A stretch of DNA of 64,000 nucleotides, taken from NCBI GenBank assembly GCA_951406725.2, contig OX597821.1, positions 93,744,001 to 93,808,000 of the forward strand, written 5' to 3'. Positions 25,271 through 38,140 of this stretch are shown here, in pieces. Position numbers and translations under genes: made by a program. The notes under the pieces are model-generated. The model was not told where the DNA came from, did no database searches, and saw only the letters and a program-made list of their open reading frames with translations. This DNA comes from Octopus vulgaris. Lineage: Eukaryota. Position 1 is the stretch's first letter. Every line of letters begins with the position of its first letter.

Positions 25271-25737
25271 TATTTCTTTATTACCTACAAGGGGCTAAAC
25301 ACAGAGAGGACAAACAAGGACAGACATAGGTATTAAGTCGATTACATCGACCCCAGTGCGTAACTGGTACTTAATTTATCGACCCTGAAAGGATGAAAGG
25401 CAAAGTCAACCTCGGCGGAATTTGAACTCACAACGTAATGGCAGACGAAATACCGCTAAGCATTTCGCCCGGCGCACTAACGTTTCTGCCAGCTCGCCGC
25501 CTTATACCGACAGCACATGCACGATCACCCTATTTCTTTATTACCCACAAGGGGCTAAACATAGAGGGGACAAACAAGGACAGACATACGTATTAAGACG
25601 ATTACATCGACCCCAGTGCGTAACTGGTACTTAATTTATCGACCGAAAGGATGAAAGGCAAAGTTGACCTCGGCGGAATTTGAACTCAGAACGTAACGGC
25701 AGACGAAATTTCGCCCGGCGTGCTAACGATTCTGCCA
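25271..25737 (-). mobile_element. Dimeric SINE family A insertion
   Basis: Two monomers plus a ~27-bp spacer inside one 17-bp TSD GAGGTGTATCAGATACC. Confidence 0.88.
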
Positions 25738-26359
25738 GAGGTGTATCAGATACCAACAGATCTGATGCAAACCCTTGTTACTCGGGCACCATTATGAGAG
25801 GGAGGAATTAAATGCTGGTGAGAGAGAGAGAGAGAGAAAGTGATCGTTGGTAGTGAGAGTATGTTTGTGAGTGTGATGGATATCAATGAAAGCAGTTGAG
25901 GAAGGTAACACTGGGTGGAAAGAGAGTCATAGTTGCCAATTTAGAAATGGGGAGAGAATGCCATTGATATTGGAATCTTGGCATTGGATACACCTCCATC
26001 TTCCTCTCTCTCTCTTTCCCTACCTGTAAATATATGGCTGTCATTAATGTCACTTCTCCTTCCTGGTACCTGATTAACGGGGAAATTACGTTACTGTAAA
26101 GAATCGAGTATATTGGATACTAACAAGTGTTATTCGTGCAATGTGATAGAAGTGGGTGAAGTATAGAGATATATCAATTATGGTAAGACTATGGAATTGA
26201 GTATGGGAAGATATAAATGCTTCTGTCATTCTACAGCTGATAAGATACAGTGAATAGCGGATGGTTGGTAGAGAGATGAGAGAACATCAAATAAGGAAGA
26301 ATGACAGCTGGAGAAATTGACCAGGTACAAATAGGAAAAATGCTCAGATGTGAATTTAT

Positions 26360-27230
26360 ATCATATACTCCAGCTTCCATCAGTCTTTGTTTAACATATT
26401 TTGCTATGCCTGCATGGATAGCCAAGTTTTTCTGTACAATGTACCAAGAATTAACATAGACCTGTGTCATCTACTTCATTGAGATGCAATATTTTGAGAT
26501 CAGCCAGAACCAATTTGCCCTAAGTTTTCCTCAGTCTCCCTTTTCAACAAGTTTCATTCACTTTGAGTATTTGGTGTTCCTTTATGCATCACATCTTGGA
26601 GGCGCAATGGCCCAGTGGTTAGGGCAGCAGACTCGCGGCCGTAGGATAGCGGTGTCGATTCCCAGACCGGGCGTTGTGAGTGTTTATTGAGCGAAAGCAC
26701 CTAAAAGCTCCACGAGGCTCCGGCAGGGGATGGTGGTGATCCCTGCTGTACTCTTTCACCACAACTTTCTCTCACTCTTACTTCCTGTTTCTGTTGTACC
26801 TGTATTTCAAAGGGCCGGCCTTGTCACTCTCTGTGTCACGCTGAATATCCCCGAGAACTACATTAAGGGTACACGTGTCTGTGGAGTGCTCAGCCACTTA
26901 CACGTTAATTTCACGAGCAGGCTGTTCCGTTGATCGGATCAACTGGAACCCTCATCGTCGTAACCGACGGAGTGCTTCCATGCATCACATCACACACCCA
27001 TACCAGTGCTATCTTTCCTTTTTGTTCACTACATTAGATATCTCTTATACCTAGATTTTCTCTCAGCCCATTCATACTTTGCCATATATAGACACCACAT
27101 CAACATTACATATCCAGCAAAATATGCTAATTTTATTTTTTTCTAGTCTTCAAAAAGCCTACAGCTCACTAACATGCAGTATCACATTTTGTACTTAAAT
27201 ATCGTACAATGTACTTTTCGCACTGGTAAC
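26360..27230 (-). pseudogene. RTE LINE 3' ORF remnant, interrupted by SINE C
   Basis: Minus-strand LRENLGIRDI, HWYG and KGRLRKT (GRPRKTW-like) fragments. Confidence 0.6.
26596..26979 (+). mobile_element. SINE family C, full length
   Basis: 12-bp TSD ATGCATCACATC; near identical to the other copies. Confidence 0.92.
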
Positions 27231-27239
27231 GTAGATGTA

Positions 27240-28407
27240 TTGGGTTGTCAGATAAATTCATTCATTTCTTTCCAATGTTATTTCTATTAACACAAAACAT
27301 ATTTTTTATTATAGTGTTATATGGAGTTTTTATAGCTTTATTGTTCCTCAACAACTGTTGTTAATTGTTTTTGAAATTTGAATAAATTTTACCTTTTTTC
27401 AGACATATAACAATAGATTGTCCAGCAGGAAAAAAAATTAGCAATTTTGACATTTTTTTTTTTTTTTGCTTTCAGTCAAGATCCCAAAGCTACTCAAGTT
27501 ACTCGAGAGATTTGTGTATGTAGGGAGAAAATACTGCTACTGAAAGAAATGCACAGAAGGAGGGGAAATTTGACCTCACAGACTCTCCACATTCTGACCG
27601 GACCTGTTCAATTCAATGAGGATCAACTTAACAAGCTCATCCACAAGAATCTGTGCCAGTCCACTGGGGAATTGGTCCAACTGACAGTATGCTCTCATGA
27701 TACCTATTTCTTTATTACCCACAAGGGGCTAAACATAGAGGGGACAAACAAGGACAGACATAGGTATTAAGTCAATTGTATCAACCCCCAGTGCGTAACT
27801 GGTACTTATTTAATCGACCCCAAAAGGATGAAAGGCAAAGTCGACCTCGGCAGAATTTGAACTCACAACATAACGGCAGACGAAATACCACAAAGCATTT
27901 CACCCAGCGTGCTAACGTTTCTGCCAGCTCGCCGCCTTCTGCATGCTCTCATGATACCATCGCCCGTTACCTTCACTTGGTCAGTAATCTTCAAACGACC
28001 TGACTGGGGAAACTGCAGGCTTCTTCAACACAACACTTACCCCTATGTCACTAATTTCACCAAAAATACTTTTCAGAAGTTTACTTTGGAAGTTCTACCA
28101 CACCCACCATATTCCAGTGATATATTACTTTCAGGTTATTAACATTTTTCAGTCATGCTCCAACAGACTGAGACATATTTCGTTCAACAACAATTTGGGG
28201 TTGGAAACGTAGCTTGATCGTTTCTTTGAGTCAAGATCTGACAGTTTCTTCTGTCAAGACATTGACCAGTTGCTGAAGCATCAGTGAGAAGTCATGGACA
28301 AAGAATGAGAATTATCATTGACTGATTTGTTAAAACTGTAGATGGAAACTGAGGTTTAAAATAAACAGCCAGAAAAAGAAAACAAACGAATTTATCTGAG
28401 AAACTAA
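27240..28407 (+). mobile_element. Decayed mariner element
   Basis: TA flanks; TIRs TTGGGTTGTCAGATAAATTC / GAATTTATCTGAGAAACTAA; LEVLPHPPYSSDI motif ~28090-28130. Confidence 0.8.
27705..27942 (-). mobile_element. SINE family A inside the mariner
   Basis: 16-bp TSD ATGCTCTCATGATACC. Confidence 0.92.
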
Positions 28408-29819
28408 TAATAATTCCTTGGAGTTTTTCCAATGGAATTTTTTTTATCGCATTGTTCTGAAAAAAAGACTTTCTAGTCAATTGTGTTTGAGGATCTCTTT
28501 TTGAATTGATTTCCAATTAGCTTTGTGTAAATTCATACTGGACAGGGTTCTCATACTTCTTGTAGGGTGCATATCAAGGTTTCCATTTGGACCTTTCGTT
28601 GAAAATCTGACTGGGTTATAGTATTAGAAAAACGTTGGTACCACCACCTTCTACATTATGGATGAGTTATATGTAGCGTGTGAAGCAGAGACCTAAAATG
28701 GTTTTACACCTATTTGGCTAGAATATAATTTGTTCCATAAACAATATATTAGAAAGTTCCAGAAAATATTTTGTTTGCTTTAGTTCATGCAGTGATATGC
28801 CCAAGAGAATGTGGCCTTCAGGTTATTTAACTTTGGAGCAGTTAAAACTGTCCAAAAGAATTATTTGTTATATTACTCCCTTTTCTATCTTACTTTACTA
28901 TCATGATTTAAGAAATCCTTGGTATGTCACACGCACATATATATATATATGAACACACACACACACACACACATTAGCCATGATCTTCTTTTTTGATATG
29001 GTAGACTTTTATTTGAAAGGTTTTAGTTGCTATGTCTTGTGCATAAAGGCTCCCTAGAAGTGGAAAGTGGATTGAGATCATAATTACATCAGTAATGACT
29101 GGTGATATTAGAGTAGGAGAAGATAGAGATTTGATGTGATAGACATTGATGATGCACACAAAGCCACGAATGAGGTGGACAGTTGATGAAATGAATCCCA
29201 GCATATGACTGGTACTTATTTTACTTATTTCATTGACCATTAAAAGACAAAAGGTAAATTCGACTCCAGCAGAATTTGAACTCATATTGTAAATGATCTT
29301 AATTAAATACCACTATGCATTTTGTTCAGCACTCTACTAATTTTTACCAGTAGTAATATTTTCTTCAATTAGCACAAAACCACAAAAAATATCAACTTCC
29401 CCACCCACCAGAACTTTACAAGTTCTTGTTTGTTAATTTGAAAGGAATAAATAAAATGAATCTAAGACAAGGATGAAGGAGCAACCATAAATATATTATT
29501 ATTGTTAATAACAAGAGAAATAGAGATTTCTAACATAAGTACAAGGTCACATGGAAAGAGTATAGATGATTACAGTTACCCTTAGTTTATGACTGGTATT
29601 TTTAATGATTTTGAAATATGAAAGATATGGTCAGCTTTGGCAATGTTCAAACTTGGAATGTAGGAGATTGTAACAAAACACTGCAAGACACTTTATTGAC
29701 TCCACCATCACCACCACAACAATAACTTGACATATGCCCCCTAATTCTTCCACTTTACTACTTTAAACAAAAACCACAAAAGAACACGACACAACAATAC
29801 CAACAACAAAAATAATAAT

Positions 29820-30552
29820 CTTTTCTACTGTAGGCACAAGGCCTGGAATTTGGGGTGTGAGGGTTAAGTCAATTACATCGACCCCAGTGCTTCACTGGTA
29901 TTTACTTTTTCCACCCCAAAAGGATGAAAGGTAAAGTTACCTTAGCGGAATTTGAACTTGGAATGAAAAAAACAGACAAAATGTTGCTAAGCATGCTAAT
30001 GATTCAGCCAGCTCACCAATAATAATAATAATTTTTTTTTCTACTATAGGTACAAGGCCAGGGATTTAGGGTTTGGGAGCTAGTCAATTACATCAACTCC
30101 AGTGCTCTACTGCTATTTATTTTATTGACCCTACAAGGATGAAAAGCAAAGTCGACCTCTGCAGAATTTGAACTCAGAACATAAAGACAGACAAAATGCT
30201 TAGCAGCATTTTTGTCTAAAAAGTTTTCCAGTTCACCAATAATAGCAACAACAACAACTACTACAACAACAACAACAACAATAATAATAATAATAATAAT
30301 AATAATTCTTTCTACTATGAGCACAAGGCTTGGAATTTGGGTCGATGGAATTAGTTGATTATGTTGACCTTAGAGCTCAACTGGTACTTATTTTATTGAC
30401 CCTGAAAAGACGAAAGGTAAAGCCAGCCTTGATGGAGTTTGAACTCAGGACATGAAGACAGATAAAATACCATTAAGTAGTTTGTCTGCATGCTAACAAT
30501 TCTGCCAGCACACCACTTCAACAACAACAACACCAACCACAATAACAATAAC

Positions 30553-30620
<68 letters not shown>

Positions 30621-30705
30621 TACCATTAAGTAGTTTGTCTGCATGCTAACAATCCTGCCAGCACACCACTTCAACAACAACAACACCAACCACAATAACA
30701 ATAAC

Positions 30706-30739
<34 letters not shown>

Positions 30740-31293
30740 GCCCTGATGCAGTACCAGGCAGTGGCTCTCATGGCTTCTGATCTTAACTGATTGGAAGTGT
30801 TATCATGTACATTGTTTTGTCTTGGTATAAAAGATGGGCTACAGCAAATATTCTGCTCAATACCACAGATTTGCTTGTCAGTTGTTTGACCATAACCAGT
30901 TGAGCATGTCCCTTAGTGGCTGACGATATGTGCATCTCTGATCACGAGCAGAAGTAGTGGGGGAGCATCATAGCCATGTGTTGAGAGGGATTCTTTGGGG
31001 TTTGAATAGTTCACCTCTGGAAACATGGGTGGTTCTTTCAACATCCTTAAACAACCCTTATTCAGGGACCGTTTGAGCGGGATGGGCTACTCAACCTGAA
31101 GAAAATTCTAACTGGGCCCCACCTGCAAGGTCATGTGCTGTTTATCTTGATATGAGATCACCATGTCGCGCGCATATGGTTGTGATGCATGTGCCTGGTG
31201 TACCCTTATCAGACAGGTAGTCATGATGGGTATACTGGGCTTTGTATATATTACCCCAGTATCACTTTGATGGCATGCACTACTCTCTCACTC

Positions 31294-31329
<36 letters not shown>

Positions 31330-31612
31330 TCTTTCTACTATGAGCACAAGGCTTGGAATTTGGGGTGATGGAATTAGTTGATTATGTTGACCTTAGTGCT
31401 CAACTGGTACTTATTTTATTGACCCTGAAAAGACGATAGGTAAAATCAGCCTTGATGGAGTTTGAACTCAGGACATGCAGATAGATGAAATACCACAAAG
31501 CAGTTTGTCTGGCATGCTAACAATTCTGCCAGTGCACCACTTCAACAACAACACCAACAACACCAACCACAATAACAATAATAATAACAATAATAATAAT
31601 TATAATAATAAC

Positions 31613-31644
<32 letters not shown>

Positions 31645-31697
31645 CAACAACAATAATAATAATAACAACAACAACAACAACAACAATAATAATAATT
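29820..31697 (-). repeat. Cluster of SINE A variants alternating with (AAT)n/(AAC)n, locally duplicated
   Basis: Copies at ~29820, 30035, 30305 and 31327, partial at 30617; 30305-30560 matches 31327-31590 including flanks. Confidence 0.8.
30738..31293 (+). mobile_element. Probable 3' end of a TAA-targeting R4/Dong-like element
   Basis: Complex non-coding ~556-bp insert bounded on both sides by (AAT)n; family assignment inferred from Dong target specificity. Confidence 0.5.
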
Positions 31698-32281
31698 GTA
31701 AAGAACATAGATTGTACAAAATGAAAACAAATTCTATAAAGGGATAGAAAAAAATCTCATACTTATTTATGGTTACATAAAGAAAGGCCCCAAACCATGA
31801 ATACAATAGTCATGGAAGAGAACCCTTAACAAGAAGAATGCACAGCAGAGAACTGTTACAGAGAAAGCCATACTTTTCATTTTAGCTTCAAGTAGTTCAA
31901 AATGAAAGCCATGCAACTCACAGCATTGCTGCATTCTATTTGTGACATTTGATAAAATTTGTATGTGGTTGTCAACATCTTTGTCACAAGCTTTCATCAT
32001 AAAAGTAATCTTTTTATTGAAACATTTGTCTTAGTGTTTGTTATGTTTATGCCTTCTTATACCTATGATGCAAATATAGTTGTTCTCTGAGACAAATATG
32101 TAGAGTAATATCCAAATACTGTCAGCAATATAGATTCTTATATTTTTCTATATTTGTCACTTTTAACCCTCTTGTTACCATATTTTTGTTGAAATACATT
32201 GTCTTTGTTTCAATTCATTTGGGAAAATAATGAAGAATTTTGTAAAAAAAAAAACTTTGTCCTTCTTAATTTGATGTTTAA

Positions 32282-32501
32282 CCCTTTCATTACTGTATTT
32301 ATTCCGAGATGGTCTGTGTTTCTTTTAATTACTTTAAGTATAACAAAGAATTTAGTAAAATAACTCGGTTATCATTCAGCTAGTGTTGGGAACATAAATT
32401 ATGACTAAGGTTTGGTGGAAGATTTTAATTCAAAACTTACGAAAACAAAACATTTGTACTCAGAGCCAGAGCCAGTTTCAGCCAGGTTGGTAACAAAAGG
32501 G
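32282..32501 (+). mobile_element. piggyBac-like MITE, 220 bp
   Basis: TTAA-CCCTTT...AAAGGG-TTAA; copies at 40281-40500 and 62898-63116. Confidence 0.85.
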
Positions 32502-32938
32502 TTAAGATATAAATTAATACCTAAATGTTATCAGCAATATAAACTTTTATATTCTTTTATAATTGGAGATATATATATTCCACAGAGGCTCTTCCCTTAA
32601 GAAATATATTACTGAATAAATGGACACCTGATTTTGACAAGATATGCACATTGGCTTGACTGTCCAATTAGCATTGTGGACAATTGCTTCTGCTCTTATA
32701 TGATGAGAGTGCCTTTGGTTCTCTGTTCCACATTTCCAGATTTCATCCTTTAGCATTTAACCGGCCATATCCGTTACCAAATTTCTGTTGCTACCATATT
32801 TCTTTTGAAATACACTCTTTCAGTTCATATGGAAAATAATAAAGAATTTTGTAAAATACTTTTGTCCTTATTAATCTAGTGTTTTGAAACATATTATCAT
32901 GAAATTTTGATGCGAGGTTTAAATATAGATCACTTTAA

Positions 32939-33157
32939 TCATTTAGCATCTAGGTTACTTCGTCAAATGTAGTTCTTAATTATTTACATTGTTTTGAATT
33001 AATCATGCATCATCTCATAGCTTTAAAGTTATGATTGATGCATTTGTATATTTTCAGAATAACACTTCAGGTTAGGTGTAAGAGGCTGGATCTGGCCAAT
33101 CTGAACAAATAACATAAAATATTTGGGCTGGATATGGCTGGTGTAAATGCTGGAGGG
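32939..33157 (+). mobile_element. Second TTAA-flanked MITE family
   Basis: TTAA-TCATTTAGCAT...ATGCTGGAGGG-TTAA. Confidence 0.6.
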
Positions 33158-33329
33158 TTAAATACAGAAGTTTGTGACATAGAAGAAAAGGCATTCTTAA
33201 GCATGTTCACAAAAGTAATTGTCCACTATGCTAATATGCATTTAAGCTGATGTACATACTTTGTCAAAATCAGGTGTCCACTTATTTTGTAATATATTTC
33301 CTTCGGGAAGATCCTCTGTGGAATATATA

Positions 33330-34197
33330 CAGGGTGTTTCAAAAAATTTGATATCCTTTCACAATCTAATAACTGCCAATTATTGTTCAAATGACTTCAA
33401 ATTTTAACAGCATCTGTAGAAACAGATCAAAATTTTGTGTTTTAATGTTTGATATGTTTATCTTTTCAGGTATAGAAATGGCCTTCACTGGAAGAGAAAA
33501 GGCGTTTTGTGCGTTGGAGTATGCTTGAACACAGTCAAACAAGACTGTGCAACATGCATTTGTGAGAGAGTTCAGTAAAAAGTCACCAATAGCAATGCAG
33601 ATTTGGACATGGCACAAAAAATTCAAAGCTGCTGTGCAGGGCAAAAGGATCTGGACAACCACTAACATCGGAAGAGACAGTTGAGCAAGTTCACCAAAAA
33701 TTCCTGCAAAGCCCTTAGAAGTCCATAAGAAGAACAAATCTGGAAACCCAGATTCCTCCAAGGACAGTTTGACACATACTGATTAAATGTGCTGTTGAAA
33801 TGGCCGCCACATTCGCCTGGCCTGACACTTTATGAATTTTTTCTTTAGGGCTGTGTGAAGGGCCTGGTCTATGCCACCCCAACTCTTCCTACAAACCTAG
33901 AGGAACTCAAGCAGAGAATCACTACTGCACTGGAGACTGCTACCCAAGACATGCTACAGCATGTTTGGGAGGAGCTGGACTACTGACTTGACATGTTCTG
34001 TGTCTCAGTCAATGTGCATATTGACCATTTGTGAAATCATTCATGGAATCCACATACCTTTGAATTTCTCATTCAAATTTGGAGGAATAAATTGTATGTT
34101 ATTCAACATTAAGCCTGTTTAGTTTTCATTTGCTCTGACTATTTAGTTTCTGTGATATTTACATCTCAAATAATACCAAATTTTTTTAAACACCCTG
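33330..34197 (+). mobile_element. Internally deleted Tc1/mariner (rosa/DD41D-like)
   Basis: TA TSD; TIR CAGGGTGTTT..AAAAAATTTG; MAFTGREKAFCALEYA*TQSNKTVQHAF HTH-like start; WPPHSPGLT...GCVKGLVY. Confidence 0.88.
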
Positions 34198-34391
34198 TAT
34201 ATCTCCAGTCACCCTGAATCCATCAGAGGTAGTTGTTATACGATGAAATAGGGTGACTGCCATATGTAACCCTAATGAGTACAGGGTTACCTGATCAGAT
34301 TGTTGCCTACATCTCCAGTTACATATTTAACTTTTCCGTGTGGACTGCATTTCAAATTGTAGTGATAACTTGTTTCTTCTAATGCAGTATC

Positions 34392-34623
34392 TCTTTACTC
34401 TTTTACTTGTTTCAGTCATTTGACTGTGGCCATGCTGGAGCACCGCCTTTTAGTCAAGCAAATCAACCCCAGGACTTATTCTTTGTAAGCCTAGTACTTA
34501 TTCTATCGGTCTGTTTTGCCAAACCGCTAAGTTACAGGGGACGTAAACACACCAGCAGCGGTTGTCAAGTGATGTTGGGGGGGACAAACACAGACACACA
34601 AACATATACACACACACATACAT

Positions 34624-34680
<57 letters not shown>

Positions 34681-34832
34681 TACATATATACGATGTGCTT
34701 CTTTCAGTTTCAGTCTACAAAATCCACTCACAAGGCATTAGAAGATACTTGCCCAAGGTGCCACGCAGTGGGACTGAACCCAAAACCATGTGGTTGGTAA
34801 GCAAGCTACTTACCACACAGCCACTCCTACGC
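34392..34832 (-). mobile_element. SINE family B
   Basis: Full reverse-complement copy. Confidence 0.9.
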
Positions 34833-35039
34833 CCATCTATAGAAAGTAAATGTTTATCTTCTCAAACACTTCCACCAACCATTGTATAAAATGCGATAAC
34901 CATGTCTCTTCTTCTATAGCAAGACATCTGCATGATACTTGAGCCTCCCAACACCTGGCATAAAACCACCATCCCCTCTCTCAAATGCATCCTACCCAAT
35001 ACACACACATTCAGTCAATGGGCTTTTTCTCTCTCTTCT

Positions 35040-35346
35040 CTTGTAAGTTCCTTGGTGATCTCACTTATGCCACTGACATGAAAAACGTACCCAGTATATG
35101 CTGTGAAGTGATTGGCATTAGGAAAGGCATCCTGCTATTGAAACCATTCCAAAGTTGACATTGGAGCTCGATGCAGTTCAGCAAATTCCTTGGATCCCAT
35201 CAAACTGTCCGACCCATAGCAGCATGAAAGACAGACATTAAACGATGACGACGACAATGATGAAGGGAGCGGGGTATGGTGAGGATGATGGTGATGATGA
35301 TGATGATGATGATGATGATGACGACGACGACGACAATGATGACCAC

Positions 35347-35401
<55 letters not shown>

Positions 35402-35420
35402 ACGATGATGATGATAATGA
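35040..35420 (+). mobile_element. Old RTE 3' end with (GAT)n expansion
   Basis: GGCATTAGGAAAGGCATCC...CCATAGCAGCATG...TTAAACGATGA, followed by a GAT run. Confidence 0.7.
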
Positions 35421-35786
35421 GGATAATTCTATAAAATATGCGCAAACCATACCTGAGTTGATGTGGTCAACCATAAGAAAGTTAGTAAGATTGTACTTAT
35501 AACTGAAAACCTTATTAGTTTTCCAATAAGATAGTAAAGGACTCTGGGTGTCCATTAAGACTTAAAACATTATGGAACTGCCTAATGTTTGTGAACCTGC
35601 CACCTATATTGCTGGAATTGTTTGCTGTTTCCTTATTACAGCTCATTTCCTGCTAATATTATATCCAGAAGCTTCCGTAGAAGAAATATTAAATAAACTT
35701 ATTTTATTCTTTTACCAGGATCATTCTAGTTTTTACACTATGATATATCTCCTCATTTTGTTCAGTTGTACTTCATGCAAATTACT

Positions 35787-35787
<1 letters not shown>

Positions 35788-35818
<31 letters not shown>

Positions 35819-36205
35819 AAGAAGAAGAAGAAGAAGAAGAAGAAGAAGAAGAAGAAGAAGAAGAAGAAGAAGAAGAGGGAGAAGCAGAAGAGGAAGAGGA
35901 AGAAGCAGAAAAGGAGGAGGAAGAAGAAGAAGAAGAAGAAGAAGAAGAAGAAGAAGAAGAAGAAGAAGAAGAAGAAGAAGAAGAAGAAGAAGAAGAAGAA
36001 GGAGAAGAAGAGGGAGAAGCAGAAGAGGAAGAGGAAGAAGCAGAAGAGGAGGAGGAGGAAGAAGAAGAAGAAGAAGAAGAAGAAGAAGAAGAGGGAGAAG
36101 AAGAAGAAGGAGAAGAAGAAGAAGAAGAAGAAGAAAAAAAAGAAGAAAAAGAAGAAGAAGAAAAAGAAGTAGAAGAAAAAGAAGTAGAAGAAAAAGAAGA
36201 AGAAA
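35788..36205. repeat. (AAG)n microsatellite with duplicated variant blocks
   Basis: GAA runs with repeated GAGGGAGAAGCAGAAGAGG interruption. Confidence 0.97.
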
Positions 36206-36942
36206 GACAACGATGACAATAAGGATGATGATGATGTTAGCAACAACAACAATAGTGTATGTAGATAGTCAATGTAAGAATGACAAATAGGGTACAGGTG
36301 ATTGTGGCAATATGATTGATGGTGATAATATTAGGAAATAAGTTTTCGAGGTGCATGGATGTGAAACTCTATTTAGGGTGAGAGAAGCCGGGGAAGAAAC
36401 TAGAAGCAATAGAAGAAGCTGAGCTAATCAACACAGATCATGAGTTAAATTCCAATATTCAGCCAAGCAAAACGAGCCAATCAAGAGAGGATTATATCAC
36501 AGCTTTGGTTATAAGAAGCAGGAGATAACCACTACAAATTCCAATTAAACTAACAACAAATATTTTCTTTTTTTAAATACAAAACAGAATCAACAACTAC
36601 ACAAGTTATAAAATCGTTCTCTCTCACTCAAACACACATACACATTACATACACATTACATACACATTGCATACGCATACTGTCCACAAATATGTTCTGG
36701 TTTCCAACAACTGAAATGTATTGGAAATCAAAAACTGTAGACAACTAGATATATATATGCAGCAGACAATACGAAGGATATTACATAATGTTGAAAAGAA
36801 AATGAGAAAAACTGAAAGTTTTGTTAGTACCTAAGTAAAAAAAATGGGTCGTATTTGCTGGTGCTTAATTCTAGTTTCATAGTGGTAAGCAGAAGAGAGA
36901 TATATCTCTTCTTGGACAGGATGCCATTCTATTGTTGGTATT

Positions 36943-37360
36943 CATCATCATCATCATCATCTTCGTTTAGCGTCCGCTTTCCATGCTAGCATGGGTTGGA
37001 CGGTTCAACTGGGGTCTGGGAAGCCAGAAGGCTGCACCTGGCTCCAGTCTGATCTGGCAATGTTTCTACAGCTGGATGCCCTTCCTAACGCCAACCACTC
37101 CGTGAGTGTAGTGGGTGCTTTTTACGTGCCACCGGCACAGGTGCCAGACGAGGCTGGCAAACGGCCACGATCGAATGGTGCTTTTTACGTGCCACCGGCA
37201 GGGGGGCCAGGCGAGGCTGGCAACGGCCACAATCAGACGGTGCTTTTTACGTGCCACTGGCACGAGGCCAGTCGGGGCAGTGCTGGCAACGGCCACGTTC
37301 GGATGGTTCTCTTACGTACCACCGGCACTGGTATCACAGCTGCAATTTCCATTGATGTTG
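36943..37360 (-). mobile_element. RTE LINE 3' UTR with four GTGCCRGTGGCACGTAAAAAGCAC-type motifs
   Basis: Unexpanded relative of 18974-21058; (CAT)n tail on +. Confidence 0.85.
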
Positions 37361-37416
37361 ATGGTATCACAGCTGAAAGAAAAGGCTAAGAGCTATTCCC
37401 TACTGTTAATACAATT

Positions 37417-37422
37417 AGTAGC

Positions 37423-37501
<79 letters not shown>

Positions 37502-37504
37502 TAG
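37417..37504. repeat. (TAG)n microsatellite
   Basis: Near-perfect run. Confidence 0.97.
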
Positions 37505-37509
37505 TGGTG

Positions 37510-38126
37510 GTCTCACCTTCCCTGCAAATAAAACAACCTTGACCTTCTTTGGGAGCAGGTGAGGAGGGGTGTTCCACTGAATGGATTGTCTCTTTCCTCT
37601 GGTTCAAAGTGATGAAGCTAAAACACATCCTGACAGAGGAAATATTTAAGGGAACCAGCTAGATCTGTCTGGTGCACTTTTGATCAGGTGTCAGAAAACA
37701 CGGCACCCATCGAGCAGAAACCATCATCATGCTAAGTATATTGTGTACAATTTTCTTAACTCTCTCACTGGGCACACTAACAACATTGGCTATTTGATTT
37801 ATAGTCAATCACCTGTCATCCAACAGCATGTGGGGAACACAATCCATATTTTCTCCTGTAGTCGCAGCAGTTACAGGATGTAGAGACATTGGGTGATCTT
37901 CAAGACTTTCCATTCACCTCCTTAATTCAGATGCCCACTTTTGCACTGTTGTCTTTTGGGGCTAAACCTTTTATCTGAAGGCACTTGATATCACCATGAT
38001 GCCAAATTTTGACCATTTTCAAGACAAGTCACAACTAGTTACTTTTGAAGACTTCTTTGAACAAGATTTCACAGCTTTAGCATCTCTCTTTCATAGTCAT
38101 CCTATTAACTTTTCAGCCCAACCTCA
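37510..38126 (-). mobile_element. mariner (irritans-like) 5' remnant
   Basis: TIR TGAGGTTGGGCTGAAAAGTT; MVKIWHHGDIKCLQIKGLAPKD from 38016; VSARWVPCFLTPDQK; HHFEPE..RQSIQW..PSSPAPK..AGK. Confidence 0.85.
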
Positions 38127-38140
38127 TATATATATATATA

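Larger units (their letters stand above)
32565..34207. mobile_element. Element with ~125-bp TIRs hosting nested insertions
   Basis: Left arm 32565-32690 pairs with 33213-33329 plus 34198-34207; right arm split by a Tc1/mariner insertion. Confidence 0.7.

Noticed and set aside
26598-26670. tRNA gene
   Set aside because: tRNA-like head of SINE C with body and TSD; the same applies to the heads of families A, B and D.
34207-34260. CAGTCACCCT/AGGGTGACTG hairpin with CTGA..GAAA
   Set aside because: No stem III or cleavage triplet; only a short inverted repeat.
35766-36290. Poly-Arg protamine-like ORF and other homopolymeric ORFs across the window
   Set aside because: Translations of microsatellites.
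37112-37330. Four direct repeats with differing spacers
   Set aside because: Spacers are diverged homologues of each other and part of the RTE 3' UTR.
37386-37628. ORF with apparent splice sites, as a host exon
   Set aside because: Frames piece together into mariner transposase sequence (HHFEPE..RQSIQW..PSSPAPK..AGK).
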